Shown one piece after another: positions 8,610-19,300 of a DNA stretch of 32,000 nucleotides (position 1 is the stretch's first letter; the number at the start of each line of letters is the position of its first letter). The notes under the pieces are model-generated. The model had not been told where the DNA came from and searched no databases. It saw only the letters and a program-made list of their open reading frames with translations. The DNA is taken from the NCBI RefSeq assembly GCF_000091665.1, contig NC_000909.1, positions 820,712 to 852,711 of the forward strand. The letters are read 5' to 3'. This stretch comes from Methanocaldococcus jannaschii DSM 2661. GTDB lineage: Archaea > AGJL01 > Methanococci > Methanococcales > Methanocaldococcaceae. The position numbers and the translations under genes were made by a program.

Positions 8610-10289
8610 GTGGTATTTGATTTACTGCCAAGAGTTGGGCTTAAGCCCAGAGATTATTTATTAAGAATTGTATTGCCCGCACTTATAACTTCCATTGTTT
8701 TAATCCTATTGGGTTTTATGTTATTTAGTGGCATTATTTTGTATATATATTTACTTTTACCAATTATAATACTTGTTAGTGCAATTGGTTACCCATATAT
8801 TGCTTTAGATTCTCAAAAAAACAAGATAAATGAGAGGTTACACATTTTTATTACAAAATTTGGAACATTATCTATAACTGACTTAAATAGAAAAGATTTA
8901 TTAAAGATACTTTCAGAAGAAAGAGAAGAACTTGGAGAATTAGCAAAAGAATCTGAAAAATTGTATGTTTTGACAGATAAGTGGGGGCGTTCATTAGCTG
9001 AAGCTTGTAGATTTTTAGCTCAGAGAACACCAAGTAGTGAATTTGCAGATTTTTTGGATAGATTGGCTTATGCATTGGACAGTGGGGAGGAGCTTAAAGA
9101 GTTTTTAATAAAAGAACAGGATATTGTTATGGATGACTATGCTGCATTTTACAAAAGAATGTTATATTCGCTTGATATGTATAAGGAATTATATGTTAGT
9201 GCAATGACTTCAATAGCATTTTTCTTAGCTTTTTCAATTTTAGTTCCATTCTTATTGCCTTATAATTTTGTCTTTATGGCTACTATAGCGTTATTTGCAT
9301 TTTTTGCTGTTGAGTTACTTATCGTTGTTGTGATAAGAAATAGACTCCCATTTGATAGGTTATGGCATACAGGGGAGAAACCTACTGAAACTGATATAAA
9401 ACTTAGAAAATGGTTAATAATATCCGTTATATTGGTTGTAATACTTTTACCATTTCTTTTATGGGCTAAGTATATAGTGGGGTTATCTCCATTTTCCCAA
9501 ATGCCTTATATGATATTGGTAGCTTTGGGATTTACACCATTAGCTATTGGAGGGTTTGTTGCATTAAAAGAGGAAGAAAAAGTAAAAAGAAAGGAATTTG
9601 TATTTCCTGACTTTTTGAGGTCTTTAGGAGATTCAGTAAGTGCTAAGGGAGGAGGAATGGTTAGTTCTTTAGAATATCTCTCAAACCATGATTTTGGACC
9701 ATTAACTCATGATATCAAGAGATTATATAAAAGATTAGCTTTGGGTATTGATTCAAATAAATCTTGGAGGTTGTTTGGTTTTGACTCTTGTAGTTATTTA
9801 ATACAGCTATTTTCTGACATATTTTCACGATGTATATACTTTGGAGGTGACCCAAAAACAGCTGCTGAGATAATTAGTAAGAATTTCCGTAAAATAGTGC
9901 AATTAAGAAAATCTAAATATCAAAATATACAGCAATTTGTTGGGGTTGTTTATGGTCTTGGAGGAGGTTTAGCTTTAGCATTATTTGCTTCATTAGGAGT
10001 AGCTAAGATGATTAATGATTTGTATTCATCATTAAGTATTCCTGAAACTGTCATTCATATTCTTAATATTGCTCCAATATCTAATGTTGATGTAGTAGAA
10101 TACATTATTTTTGGCTCTCTTATTGTTTATTCTATAATTTCGGCTATATTAATCAAAATTATGGATGGAGGGCATAAGTTTGTCTCCCTACTACACTTTG
10201 TTGCTATACTTTGGATATGTGCTATAGTAGCTTATATAACAAAGCTAATAGTTTCACAGGTTTTAGGAGTTTCAGTTCCTCTCTATTAA
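8610..10289 (+). CDS. flaJ: Archaellum polytopic membrane protein FlaJ/ArlJ
   Basis: TadC/GspF-type membrane protein (VSAKGGGMVSSLEYLS) directly after flaI. GTG at 8610 is preceded by GAGGTGG; the track has 8601. Confidence 0.93.
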   Translation: MVFDLLPRVGLKPRDYLLRIVLPALITSIVLILLGFMLFSGIILYIYLLLPIIILVSAIGYPYIALDSQKNKINERLHIFITKFGTLSITDLNRKDLLKILSEEREELGELAKESEKLYVLTDKWGRSLAEACRFLAQRTPSSEFADFLDRLAYALDSGEELKEFLIKEQDIVMDDYAAFYKRMLYSLDMYKELYVSAMTSIAFFLAFSILVPFLLPYNFVFMATIALFAFFAVELLIVVVIRNRLPFDRLWHTGEKPTETDIKLRKWLIISVILVVILLPFLLWAKYIVGLSPFSQMPYMILVALGFTPLAIGGFVALKEEEKVKRKEFVFPDFLRSLGDSVSAKGGGMVSSLEYLSNHDFGPLTHDIKRLYKRLALGIDSNKSWRLFGFDSCSYLIQLFSDIFSRCIYFGGDPKTAAEIISKNFRKIVQLRKSKYQNIQQFVGVVYGLGGGLALALFASLGVAKMINDLYSSLSIPETVIHILNIAPISNVDVVEYIIFGSLIVYSIISAILIKIMDGGHKFVSLLHFVAILWICAIVAYITKLIVSQVLGVSVPLY

Positions 10290-10315
10290 AAAATTATTAA
10301 AATTTGGGGGAAAAA

Positions 10316-11020
10316 ATGATAAATTTTATTGTTGGGGCAATAGGGCTGTTAATAGCTTCAATCTACGATTTAAAAAGTAGGGAAATTGAAGATTATGTTT
10401 GGGTATCGATGGTTATTTTTGGATTGATATATAATGGCTATTTATCATTCATTTCACATGATATGTTATATGTCATTCAATCGATTGTTGGATTTATAGT
10501 CTGTTTCTTCTTAGGGTTTTTTATGTTCTTATTGGGTGTTGGAGGAGGTGATGGAAAACTGATAATGGGACTTGGAGCTTTAATTCCAAAATATAACATG
10601 CCAATACACACTCCATTAGGGGCAATATTAAATTATCTTTATCTTCCTTCCTTTCCAATAATGGTAGTAATTAACGCAATGTTTTTCTCAATAACACTTC
10701 CGATAATTATATTTTTAAGAAATGTAATTAGAGGAGTAAAACCAAAGACAAAAAAAGAGGTCTTATGTATGTTTCTTGGTGAAAAAATGAAAGTTTCTGA
10801 AGCTATAAAAAAAGAAAGGTTAATCCTTGGAAATCATGAAAATTTAAAATTACTACCAAGTGCTGAGAAAGATTGTGATTTTTCAAAGTTTGATAAAAAT
10901 GAAGAAATTTGGGTAACTCCTGCTATACCATTTGTTGTTCCGATATTTCTATCTTATTTGCTAACATCAATTATAGGTGATAAAATCATAGGTATCTTTT
11001 TATCAGTCTTTGGATTGTAA
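10316..11020 (+). CDS. flaK: Archaellin prepilin peptidase FlaK/ArlK (aspartic protease)
   Basis: Catalytic-type motifs IYDLKSREIEDYVW and GVGGGDGKLIMGLGAL (GxGD). Probable ATG at 10316; the track has TTG 10304. Confidence 0.93.
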   Translation: MINFIVGAIGLLIASIYDLKSREIEDYVWVSMVIFGLIYNGYLSFISHDMLYVIQSIVGFIVCFFLGFFMFLLGVGGGDGKLIMGLGALIPKYNMPIHTPLGAILNYLYLPSFPIMVVINAMFFSITLPIIIFLRNVIRGVKPKTKKEVLCMFLGEKMKVSEAIKKERLILGNHENLKLLPSAEKDCDFSKFDKNEEIWVTPAIPFVVPIFLSYLLTSIIGDKIIGIFLSVFGL

Positions 11021-11189
11021 TTTGGAGCATATTTAGCCATATTTAACAATAACTAAGTATTCAGGTTTCGATAAATGTAGAAATTGATTTGTGCTAAATG
11101 ATTTATATGGTGTTAATCAAAGTTTATTGTTATAGTTCTATAAAAATGAAAAAATGAAAATACAAATTATAATGAATTTAGTGTCAATT

Positions 11190-11214
11190 AAAATAGTCTT
11201 AGAAAATAGTCTTA
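11190..11214 (+). repeat. Short tandem duplication, 13-bp period
   Basis: AAAATAGTCTTA at 11190-11201 and 11203-11214, just before the GGGGGGAGGGGG Shine-Dalgarno-like tract. Confidence 0.7.
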
Positions 11215-11229
11215 TTGGGGGGAGGGGGT

Positions 11230-13146
11230 ATGAAAAAAATAGTATTGGCTCTTTTATTATTGTTATTGCCAGTAGTTTGTGGGGATGTTAGTGTATATAA
11301 GGTATGGTCACCGTATGACCCACCAAATTCACCAATATTGCATGTAGATATTAGTGAGCAAGTTCTATATTTGGGTGTTGTAAATAAGGATGAATATGAG
11401 CATGATGTTATAGTTAAAGTGGAGTGTAATGGAAAGACATGGGGATCTGGTTTAATACCTTTGCCACCAAATAGTCATATAGAAAAAATTGTGGAGGTTA
11501 GAGTTCCGATTAGTGATGACAAAGAACATGATGCTAAAATATCGTTAATTGAAAATGGAAAAACTATAGCTTCAACAACAGTTAAAGTGAGACCGTATTT
11601 TCCAGTGGATGTTAAGAATGTAACATGTGAGGACTCATACAAAATTGGAAATACTGAAGTTTGCTATTCTAACTGGTTTGATATAACTCTAAAAAGTAAT
11701 CCTACAGCAAAGAGCGATTATATTGCTAAAGTTTGGATAAATGTAAAAGATGGAGATAATATAATTTATAATGGTAAAAACGATTTTAAGACAGTATATA
11801 TTCCTCTTGGAGAGGAAGTAACGGTATCTTTTAAAGTTCCTAAGATTGTTCTTGATAAAGAGAAATTTACAGTTGAAACAAATGTAGAGATAATGAATGT
11901 TACCCATACCATTGATGGTGTTGAAGAAACTATTCAGAGGAGGGATGATTCTGGAATATACTATGACTATAAGAGTGTAACAAAATATTATTACTTTCCA
12001 GTTGTTATAAAGAATGTAGAACTTTATAGAAAGATTGATGAAAACACTTCAGAGTTTGTAAAGAATTTTTATGACTCTGCAAATATATTAGATGATGAAA
12101 TAAGAGACATATTGTCAGATAAGTATTTACAGAAGGATGATGTATTACCAAGATATTATGTTATAGATGACCCAACACTGGCTATTTTAAAAATTACTGT
12201 GGAAAATAAATATGATAGGGATGTTAAGGCCAAACTGACTGTTAAATATGATAATGTAATATTTACCAAGATAATTAATATTGATAAAAAAGAGAAGAAG
12301 GATGTATTTATTCCAATATATACAAAGAAAGGCAGTAAGAATATAGTGGTAACAATAAACCCCATAGATGCAGATACTTTAATCTTTAATAGGTCATACA
12401 GTATTAACATAGACCCAAAACCTATACCACCAGTAATTATTGAAAAGATTATTTTGCCAAAAGATGAAGAAATAGGTGAGGAAACAAATATTAGTGGATA
12501 TGTAATAATTGGAAAAAGATATAATATGACGATATTTATAAAAAATATTTATAATAAAACGTTATCAGGAAAGATTACCATAGATGATAATTTTAAAGAT
12601 GGAATAGCAAATTATTCTAAGGAAATTCCATTTACTATAGAACCTCATCAAATTAAAGAGATAAATGTTCCAATAATCTTTTACAAGGAAGTAAATGGTG
12701 ACTTAAAAATCACAGTTTCAGTTAAGGGAGGGGCTAAAGATTATACATCCCTTGCTCATTTCTATGCAATATCTCCAATAGGTATTGTTAGAATATATTA
12801 CAATAACACACTATTATTGGGAAAAATAAATGTAATAAAGGAAAATAGTGGAATATACTCAGCCAAACCTATTGCAGGATTTAACAACACATGTGTAGTT
12901 ATATTAAGAAATAATTTGAACTCTAAAGTTGATTGTGACGTTTGGATTGAAGTTATTGACAAAGATGGAAAGGTTAGAGCAAAAAGTGGTATTAAAACAG
13001 TTAAATTAGATAACTATTCAGAAGCTAAAGTGGCATTTCCAATATTTTTCGAGGAAGGATTTGAAGGATATACTGTAGCTCATATAATTCCAAAATCTGT
13101 AGAGAATGTTGATATTATATATACCGAAGTTATGGAATCCACTTAG
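11230..13146 (+). CDS. Large secreted/surface beta-rich protein (N-terminal part of a frame-interrupted gene)
   Basis: Signal peptide MKKIVLALLLLLLPVVCG, repeated beta-sandwich/CARDB-like segments. Ends at TAG 13144-13146. Confidence 0.75.
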   Translation: MKKIVLALLLLLLPVVCGDVSVYKVWSPYDPPNSPILHVDISEQVLYLGVVNKDEYEHDVIVKVECNGKTWGSGLIPLPPNSHIEKIVEVRVPISDDKEHDAKISLIENGKTIASTTVKVRPYFPVDVKNVTCEDSYKIGNTEVCYSNWFDITLKSNPTAKSDYIAKVWINVKDGDNIIYNGKNDFKTVYIPLGEEVTVSFKVPKIVLDKEKFTVETNVEIMNVTHTIDGVEETIQRRDDSGIYYDYKSVTKYYYFPVVIKNVELYRKIDENTSEFVKNFYDSANILDDEIRDILSDKYLQKDDVLPRYYVIDDPTLAILKITVENKYDRDVKAKLTVKYDNVIFTKIINIDKKEKKDVFIPIYTKKGSKNIVVTINPIDADTLIFNRSYSINIDPKPIPPVIIEKIILPKDEEIGEETNISGYVIIGKRYNMTIFIKNIYNKTLSGKITIDDNFKDGIANYSKEIPFTIEPHQIKEINVPIIFYKEVNGDLKITVSVKGGAKDYTSLAHFYAISPIGIVRIYYNNTLLLGKINVIKENSGIYSAKPIAGFNNTCVVILRNNLNSKVDCDVWIEVIDKDGKVRAKSGIKTVKLDNYSEAKVAFPIFFEEGFEGYTVAHIIPKSVENVDIIYTEVMEST

Positions 13147-13838
13147 TTAAAATATCAGATTATTACAGGGTTGGGAGATATTCAGCAGTTGATGTATTAG
13201 GAAATAAAATACCTACAGGAACACATGTAGTTACAGAGGTTATTTCCCCAGTGAATATTGAGAATTTAGCGTACAACAGTAGTAGTGATGTATTAAAAGC
13301 AAAAATTAAAAATGATAAGTTCCCAGTGAATTTAACAGTTCAGTATTGGGTTGATGTTAGTAGAGGTTCAAATATCTACTATAAAAGCTCCATTTTCCAA
13401 ACAGAGATTTATCCAAAATCTGAGAAGGAATTGATAGTTCCTTTGACGTTGGGGGATTTAGAGAGTGGGATTTATAATATAACTCTATATGTGAGGGTTA
13501 ATAACTTTGCACTCTTTAATTATCAAAAAGTTCCGGTAATCTTAAAAAAATCAATATCTATAGAAATAAATGGAAGTAAAGGGGTGATGCAACAGAAATC
13601 CAACAAGGAGAGTGATGAAATAATAAATGAAACATCAGAAACCCACAAAAACATGACAATAGATATTAAAAATCTCTCCAATAATAAAGATAACAAATCA
13701 AATATTGAGGAATCCACTGCCAAAAATGTTAAAAGTAACATAGAAACTAAAAAAAGCGCTGATAATAACTCAATATTAGGTAAAATATCTGGGTTTTTTG
13801 GAAGTATTGTTTCTACGATTTTTAGTCTGTTCGGATAA
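13147..13838 (+). CDS. Continuation of the secreted protein in the -1 frame (listed in the track from GTG 13251)
   Basis: Frame open from 13113. Protein-like sequence LVKISDYYRVGRYSAVDVLGNKIPTGTHVVTEVISPVNIEN... continues the upstream domain pattern, followed by a Ser/Asn/Lys-rich linker and a hydrophobic C-terminus. Confidence 0.6.
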
Positions 13839-13909
13839 AGTATAATGCAAGTCTCTACAACACTAAAAAAGTTTTTATAAAATAATACTACAGTGGGGGA
13901 GGGAGTAAT

Positions 13910-14245
13910 ATGAGCTTGGCGTTTATTGACCCAATGATTATTAGGTCGCTAAATAAAAGTAAATTAAGAAAGAAGATATTGTATTTGCTGTATAAAATGT
14001 ATCCTCATGGCATTTATCTATCTGAAATCTCGAGAAGGGTAAGGTCAGACCCAAGTAATGTGCTTGGATGTCTAAAAGGTATGAATGGAAGGTATAACGG
14101 CCATTTCTCGCTTATAGAATTAGGATTAGTTGAATGTGTGGAGAGAGGGGGAGTAAAAATATATAAACTAACCGATTATGGAAAGAAAATAGTTGAGGTA
14201 TTAAAAGACCAGGATAGTGACTTTATAGAATCTTTAAGGTGGTAA
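13910..14245 (+). CDS. Winged-helix/HTH DNA-binding protein, candidate archaellum regulator (EarA-like)
   Basis: HTH-like HGIYLSEISRRVRSDPSNVLGCLKGM and wing-like GLVECVERGGVKIYKLTDYGKK. Confidence 0.7.
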   Translation: MSLAFIDPMIIRSLNKSKLRKKILYLLYKMYPHGIYLSEISRRVRSDPSNVLGCLKGMNGRYNGHFSLIELGLVECVERGGVKIYKLTDYGKKIVEVLKDQDSDFIESLRW

Positions 14246-14246
14246 T

Positions 14247-15347
14247 ATGAAATTTGATTCAGCAAAAATTGAGAATGTGGTTGGGGGAGGGTCATTTGAG
14301 ATAGGAGATGATGACTCAAAAATATTGGATGAGATTATTAGTGAAGTTATAAACGATATAATGCCATCTGAAATAAAACTAAAAAAGAAAATAGAAATGA
14401 TTGATAACACTATAGAGTATTTAAGTTATGAATTGCTCGTTACATTTATAAAGCATGGTGTTGAGTTTGGGATTTTCCCAATTATTGCTAAATATTCACC
14501 AAAAATAGATGATATTCCATTATTGGTGAAATATCCAAATAAGCAGTTTATCCTTGACTATATAAAAACAGCTTTGAAATTGGAAATTTTAAAATATGAA
14601 GATGAAAAAATTAAGATAAACGAAGATTTTGAACTAAATATAAAAATGCCAAAATTTGATAAGATTATTAGTGATTATGTGATGAAATATAACTTTATAA
14701 CGCATGTATCAAGATACGCTCTAATAAGTTATAGCCATCCAAAGATTGCTATAAGCTTTAAGAAAGACCCTGACATCTGGGATATGATATTAAGTAGTCC
14801 ATACTATTCATTATGCAGAGAGATTGCCAGTGACTATCTAAAGATTGATAAAGGAGATTATATATTAGATGTTGGTTGTGGTTCAAGGTCTCCAAAATAC
14901 TTTATAGATATGATATATCCAGAAGGACATTACATGGGAGTGGATATATCTAAGGGACTTTTACAGATTGCAGAATGTAGGATTAAAAGATTGTATTGTG
15001 ACTCCTATGAACTTAAAAATATAGATTTTACTAAAATAATTCCTAAAGAAAAGTATGATTATATTATATGCTCACATACAATGATATATGCTCCATCATT
15101 AAAGCAGTTTCTAAATAAGATGATGTCTTCTATACATAGTGGGGGAAAAATATTCATTTCAGAAGAATTTATACTGGATAAGAATGAAAATATCTGCAAA
15201 GAAGTATTTGAGTTCTATAATAGGTTGAATAAAAGGTTTAGGGGGTATTATTCAGAAAAGGATATAGTCGATATTCTTGAATCATTAGGATATGATTTCA
15301 AAATTGAAAGCTTAGGAAATGGAATTTTAGTTATTGAAAAGATTTAA
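14247..15347 (+). CDS. SAM-dependent methyltransferase with N-terminal helical domain
   Basis: Motif I DYILDVGCGSRSPKYF, then GVDISKGLLQIA. Confidence 0.8.
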   Translation: MKFDSAKIENVVGGGSFEIGDDDSKILDEIISEVINDIMPSEIKLKKKIEMIDNTIEYLSYELLVTFIKHGVEFGIFPIIAKYSPKIDDIPLLVKYPNKQFILDYIKTALKLEILKYEDEKIKINEDFELNIKMPKFDKIISDYVMKYNFITHVSRYALISYSHPKIAISFKKDPDIWDMILSSPYYSLCREIASDYLKIDKGDYILDVGCGSRSPKYFIDMIYPEGHYMGVDISKGLLQIAECRIKRLYCDSYELKNIDFTKIIPKEKYDYIICSHTMIYAPSLKQFLNKMMSSIHSGGKIFISEEFILDKNENICKEVFEFYNRLNKRFRGYYSEKDIVDILESLGYDFKIESLGNGILVIEKI

Positions 15348-15356
15348 ATAACTTCA

Positions 15357-16206
15357 TTATTTTTTAAATGTTTTTATCAAGAACTCTCTCGCATAACATC
15401 CTTTACTTTTTACCTTTGGTAATTTTATTTTATTTTTATCGTTTATATTTCCTAAACAGGAAAGTCCTTCCAATGTAGGGCATAAATAAATATCCCCAAA
15501 TTCATTAACAAATAGTAAATCCCCAGAGTTTAAATAGCAATATTTATCTTTTGGCCTTTTTTGTAGATTCTTTATGTAGATGGGATATCTTCCCAATTTA
15601 TTTAACAATTTATTAAATTCTTCAATATTTGGCATTAATGTTAAATGTTCTTTTTTCTTTGGTTTCAATAAATCAAAACTTATGCTCTTTACACCAAAGG
15701 CAATTAGATATTTAACAAATTCTTCTAAATAAGGAAGATTTTTATTTGTAACAACAGTTGTTATTCCAAAAGGGATATTATAAGATTTTAAGATATACAT
15801 ACCCTTTAAAGTATCTAATGTTGATGGCTTTCCATTTTTATAAGGTCTTAGGATATCATTTATTTCCAATCCATCTATGCTAATACCAACTTTTATGTCA
15901 AGTTCTTTAATTTTTTCAGCTATTTTTTCGTTTATAAGGGTTGCATTAGTTTGTATGGCATATTGAATATTGCAGTTGCTATAATTATCATTACAGTAAT
16001 CAACAATCTTTTCAATTAAATTAAAATTTAAAAGTGGTTCTCCACCTGTGAATTGTATTTTTATCTGATTATCTAAGTTTAGTAAATAATCTATAGCATT
16101 TTTAGCTGTTTTAAAATCCATATCTTTATTATTTTTGTTGTTTGCATAGCAGTAAATACAATTTAGATTGCATCTGTTTGTTACCTTTAATATTAAATGT
16201 TTCATA
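15357..16206 (-). CDS. Radical SAM protein with SPASM-like C-terminus
   Basis: CNLNCIYCYA (CxxxCxxC), FTGGEPL, and C-terminal cysteines (DKYCYL..IYLCPTLEGLSC..KGCYAREF). Probable ATG at 16206. Confidence 0.85.
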
Positions 16207-16318
16207 CCATCCACCAAATTTTTATTATAAAAAGTGATAAAAAGATGATAAATTAAATAATAAACTAAAGATATTGTTAAGTTAATTAAGATTTTATTTA
16301 ATATAATTGGTGATACTT

Positions 16319-19300
16319 ATGATAAAGATTGGCTTTGTTTCAACAATAGATAGTGATGATTTAGTTTTTGAAGAAGCATATAAAGAGATTAAAAAATATG
16401 GCATTGAATTTAAAATATTGGATTATAAATGTAGCAGAAAGGAGTTTGAAGAATTTTTAGAGTTTATTAAAGAAGCTAATATTGTTTTTACAAAACTCAT
16501 GGGAGGGAAAAATGCCTTCAAGTATTACGATGAATTGGCTGAGTTTTGTAAAAGGCATAACATCCCATTTCTCCCTCTACCAACAATCTCAGAAATTCAT
16601 CCAGATTTAGAGAAGGATAGGACAGTAGATGATGACGTAAAGAATAAAGTTGTCAAATATTTGGGATATGAAGGGGTTTATAATTACAAAAATCTTCTTT
16701 TATATTTGGCAAATAGGTTTGGAAATTTAAATGTTGAGTATGAAGAACCAAGACCAATGCCATGGCAAGGAATTTACTATAAAGGAAAATACTTTGAAAC
16801 ATTAGATGATTATCTAAACTATCTAAAAGAATTGGGCAGAGATTTAGATAAACCAATTATAGGAGTTTTATTTTATAGAAATTGGTTTGTAGCTAATAAC
16901 ATTGATTATGTTAATGATTTGATTGATATTATTGAGAATAAAGGAGCTATTCCAATAGCTGTTTTTAGCTCTCATTTAAAGAACGAACTCGGCTCTATAG
17001 GAACTTTAGAAACATTCAAAAGATTTTTCTACAAAGATGGGAAGCCAATAGTTCATGCCTTAATTAACACTACCATGTTCACTCTTTCAATGGGTGTTAA
17101 GGCAGAGTTGTTAAAAGATGAGCCGGAGTTTTTGAAAGAGCTTAATGTTCCAATACTGCAGGGGATTATATCAACTGGATTTATTGAGGATTGGAAAAAG
17201 TCAGTATCTGGATTAAATCCAATTGATTTAATTATAGGAATGGCAATGCCAGAGTTTGATGGGGCAATAATACATTTCCCAATTGGTGGGAAGGAGAAGA
17301 TAAAAGATGGAGAAGTTGGAGTTCCAATTATTAAGTATAGAGCTATAAGAGATAGAGCTGAGAAGATAGTTGATTTAGCCCTAAGATATGCAAATTTAAA
17401 ATTAAAGTCAAATAAAGATAAAAAAATAGCCATAATTTTCCACAATTATCCACCAAGGAATGACAAGATAGCAAGTGCCTTTGGTTTAGATAGCCCAGAG
17501 AGTGTTGTTAATATTTTGAAGGAGATGAAGAAAAGAGGATTTATAGTTGATGAGATTCCAAAGAATGGAACTGAGTTAATAAAAAAGATGTTAAACTATG
17601 CCACAAATGATAAGAGATTTCTAACTGAAGAGATGATAAAAAAAGCAGTTGGAAAAGTAAAAAAAGAAGATTACGAGAAGTGGTTTAACTCTCTGTCTGA
17701 AAAGGTTAAGCAAGAGCTAATAAAAAATTGGGGAGCCATTCCTGGAGATGTTATGAACTTCGATGGAGAGCTAATAATCCCAGGAATAATTAATGGAAAT
17801 GTCTTTATCTCAGTTCAGCCACCAAGAGGATTTGGAGAGAATCCCTCTGCCATATACCACTCTCCAGATTTGCCACCAACTCATTACTATATAGCATTTT
17901 ATAAATGGATTAAGGATGTTTTCAAAGCAGATGCAATTATGCATATAGGAAAGCATGGAAACTTAGAATGGCTTCCTGGGAAGTGTGTTGGCTTATCTAA
18001 TGAATGCTATCCAGACATCTGCATGGAATTGCCAAATATTTATCCATTTATTGTAAATAATCCTGGAGAAGGAACTCAAGCAAAGAGGAGGAGTTATGCA
18101 ACAATTATAAGCCATTTAATCCCACCAATGACAATATCTGATTTGTATGGTGATTTAGTAGAGTTAGAAAAGAGTATTGATGACTATTATGAAACAGAGA
18201 ATAAAGAGAAAAAAGAATTTTTAAAGAAAGAGATTTTAAAGAAGATTAAAGAGCTAAAATTAGATGAAGATTTGTTGGATGGAAAAGTTATAGATGAAGA
18301 GATAAATGATGAGAATTTTGAAAAACTCCTAAATAAAATCCACGATTACTTAGAAACTTTAAAGAATAGGCAGATAAATGATGGATTGCATATAATGGGA
18401 GTCCCATTGGAAGGAGATAAGTTAGTTAATATGTTATTCATGATTATTAGGTATCAATTCAACTATTTGGAGATTTTGGCAGAGATTTTAGATTACAGTT
18501 GGGAAGAGTTAAATGAAAATAAAGGAAAGTATCACAAAATCTTAGATGAAATAAATGAAATAGGATTAAATCTACTAAAAGAGTATATGCAATACAACTT
18601 CGATGAAAATAAGATTGATGAGCTAAAAACAGTTAAAATAAACTCTAAATTAAGGGATGTCTTAAAAACCGTCTCGACAATCTATAAAAATCTAATGAAA
18701 GTTGATGAAGAGATTATAAATGCAGTAAATGCCTTAGAGGGTTTTTACATCCCTCCAAGAGTTGCAGGAGCTCCTACGAAAGATATAAACTGCCTTCCAA
18801 CTGGAAGGAACTTTTATTCATGTAATCCGCAAGAGATTCCAACAAAATCTGCATATGAGATGGGTAAAAAATTGGCTGAGGACTTAATTAACAAGTATCT
18901 AAAAGAAGAAGGGAAATATCCTGAATATATAGGCGTTATCGTCTGGGGATCTCCAACTATGAGAACAAAAGGAGATGATATTGGAGAGATTTTATATTTA
19001 TTGGGAGTTAAGCCAGTTTGGAATAAGATGGGAAGAGTTGTTGGTTTAGAAGTTATCCCATTGGAAGAGTTAGGGAGACCAAGGATCGATGTAACTTTGA
19101 GAATCTCTGGGTTGTTTAGAGACACTTTTCCAAACGTTGTTGAGCTTATAGATGAAGCAATAAAAATGGTTGCTAATTTAGATGAGCCAGACGAGATGAA
19201 CTATGTAAAGAAGCATTATAGGGAGGAGGTTGAAGAGAAGATAAAGAAGGGTATTGATGAAAAAACAGCCAAAGAAACCTCATTATATAGGATATTCAGT

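Noticed and set aside
6586-9075. Minus-strand ORFs 6586-6846, 7693-7944 and 8872-9075
   Set aside because: Antisense to flaH, flaI and flaJ coding sequence, with no ribosome-binding or family support.
11689-13741. Minus-strand ORFs 11689-11907, 12156-12410, 13523-13741
   Set aside because: Antisense shadows of the secreted-protein gene.
16653-19125. Minus-strand ORFs inside cobN (16653-16856, 17053-17445, 18814-19125)
   Set aside because: Antisense to a highly conserved cobN frame.
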